A stretch of 24,000 bases of DNA from assembly GCF_022026155.1 (NCBI RefSeq), contig NZ_CP085041.1, positions 70,306-94,305 on the forward strand. The letters are read 5' to 3'. Shown here in pieces: positions 22,761 through 24,000 of this stretch. The position numbers and the translations under genes were made by a program. Under the pieces are notes generated by a model, which worked only from the letters and a program-made list of their open reading frames with translations, was not told where the DNA came from and did not search any database. Numbering within the stretch: position 1 is the stretch's first letter; each line of letters opens with the position of its first letter. The DNA comes from Dissulfurimicrobium hydrothermale. GTDB lineage: Bacteria; Desulfobacterota; Dissulfuribacteria; Dissulfuribacterales; Sh68.

Positions 22761-24000
22761 GGCCACCAATGGACTGTTGTTGAGGAAAGATCAGTGTAAA
22801 CCTTGTCCCATACGGGACATTATCTTCTACTTTAATTCGACCATTATGGTCCATGACGATCGAATTGACAATAGCAAGGCCGAGTCCAGTACCCCCCCTT
22901 TTTTTTGAAAAATATGGTTCGAAAATGCGCTCTCTGTCTTCAGGGGTGATGCCTGTACCAGTGTCGGCCACCCAGACACCCACCTCCCTCTTTTCCGAGT
23001 CAAAAAAGACGCCTACTTCCACCGAGCCACCATCGGGCATTGAGGCTACTGCGTTATCGAGGAGGTTTATGATCGCTCTCTTGATTTGATCCGGATCCAG
23101 CACGGCCTCAGGCATTATATCAGGGCGCTTTAATGTAAAAGCTATAGCCGGATGCGCTTCACGATAAAGGGCTACGACCTCCTCGGCAAGCGCGTCCAGC
23201 CTGACTGCTCTTGGCCTAATAGTCGGCATCCGCGCAAAGTTTGAAAACTCATTTACCAGCCTTTTTAATTCATCAGCCTGTTTTATGATGGTATTCGTGC
23301 AGGCGTCAAAGACCTCCCTTGCCTCTTTATCCAGGCCTTCCATATATTTTTTTCTGAGTCGCTGGGCCGAGAGCTGGATAGGTGTGAGCGGGTTTTTCAC
23401 CTCATGTGCTATACGTCTCGCCACCTCGCGCCATGCAGCGAGCCTCTGGATCTTTTCCAGCTCCGTAAGGTCGTCGAATACGATCACCACTCCATGCGAC
23501 ATGCCGTCTTGGTCTCTCAGGACTGTAAAACTTACGATGAGAGAGAGATACCTGTCCTTTACCTGTATGCGCATCGGGCGCTGAAGCGTCCCCTTGCCGG
23601 TTGAGGCGATCTCCCTTCTGATGGCCTCGAATTCATTCACCTGGTCCTTGTCCAGTAGTTTATGATAAGGCATGCCTACGATCTCATCCGCCTTGAGCTT
23701 TAATATGGCCTCTGCAGACCTGTTCATTGTGGTGACGATCCCGTTCCTGTCGATTGAAATGACCCCGGCGGCCACATTCTGGAGTATGATCTCTATGTAG
23801 CGGCGGCGTTGCTCGATCTCGTAATAGCTCTTTTTCAGTTGTCTCGAGGCGTTTTCCGCCCTGCGTCTAGCCTCCTTAAGATCTTGTGTCATTGTATTAA
23901 ATGCACGGACAAGCGAGCTCAGTTCGTCCCTTCCATGGGTCTCAAGACTAAAATCCAGGTCGCCTTGCGCGATCCTGTGTGTAGCCTCGGCCAGCATCTG
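22729..24000 (-). CDS. NtrY-like sensor histidine kinase (HAMP, PAS, HisKA, HATPase_c); the N-terminus lies beyond the right window edge
   Basis: The HAMP segment reads RIAQGDLDFSL...LVRAFNTMTQDL. The H-box AHEVKNPLTPIQLSAQRL is the NtrY-type signature. The G-boxes are DTGTGI and GTGLGL. The reading frame stays open to position 24000. Confidence 0.85.
   Translation of the reverse strand, partial: QMLAEATHRIAQGDLDFSLETHGRDELSSLVRAFNTMTQDLKEARRRAENASRQLKKSYYEIEQRRRYIEIILQNVAAGVISIDRNGIVTTMNRSAEAILKLKADEIVGMPYHKLLDKDQVNEFEAIRREIASTGKGTLQRPMRIQVKDRYLSLIVSFTVLRDQDGMSHGVVIVFDDLTELEKIQRLAAWREVARRIAHEVKNPLTPIQLSAQRLRKKYMEGLDKEAREVFDACTNTIIKQADELKRLVNEFSNFARMPTIRPRAVRLDALAEEVVALYREAHPAIAFTLKRPDIMPEAVLDPDQIKRAIINLLDNAVASMPDGGSVEVGVFFDSEKREVGVWVADTGTGITPEDRERIFEPYFSKKRGGTGLGLAIVNSIVMDHNGRIKVEDNVPYGTRFTLIFPQQQSIGGHAQEKNTDNR

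Noticed and set aside
1-24000. I scanned the whole window for CRISPR arrays, tRNA or rRNA genes, transposases, integrases and long inverted or direct repeats.
   Set aside because: I found no regularly spaced repeats, no cloverleaf-like GC-rich intergenic segments and no ORFs with DDE or tyrosine-recombinase motifs. The intergenic regions are short, except for those discussed above.

Overview
This window looks like a chromosomal segment from a Gram-negative bacterium, probably an anaerobic Desulfobacterota-like organism. That guess rests on lptD and plsY, three sigma-54/histidine-kinase signalling genes, a ThiDN fusion and roughly 55% GC, and it is inference only. About two thirds is housekeeping: mazG, thiC, thiDN, class I fumarate hydratase, an M50 protease, trpS, scpA, lptD and plsY. 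The left edge cuts a beta-class DNA methyltransferase that I translated by hand, because the ORF track omits it. Two sigma-54 two-component pairs are present: a PilS-like membrane HK with an NtrC-type RR at 10.1-13.2 kb, and an NtrY/NtrX-like pair at 21.4-24.0 kb cut by the right edge. The most interesting locus is a tightly overlapping five-gene stressosome-type operon on the minus strand (5677-9842). It encodes a PAS-STAS RsbR-like sensor with a cysteine-rich PAS domain, RsbS, RsbT, an RsbT-like::PP2C fusion, and a terminal histidine-kinase-like protein. In that last protein Asp occupies the phospho-acceptor His position, and its N-terminus looks like a degenerate third RsbT-like module. No sigma factor, RsbV/W pair or response regulator lies next to the operon. 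The second candidate is a low-GC islet (about 13.3-15.9 kb) lying divergent from the sigma-54 regulator. It carries a near-consensus sigma-70 promoter with a long leader, a small lipoprotein and a 289-aa secreted Thr/Ala-rich protein with an apparent internal duplication, a strong RBS and a strong terminator. A RelE/RHH toxin-antitoxin pair with an apparently C-terminally truncated toxin flanks it. Smaller observations are a frameshifted antitoxin remnant, thiC without a TPP riboswitch, and a perfect 15-bp tandem duplication in the lptD signal peptide. I saw no rRNA, tRNA, CRISPR array or transposase. All homology calls come from reading the translations and recognising motifs; no database search was run.
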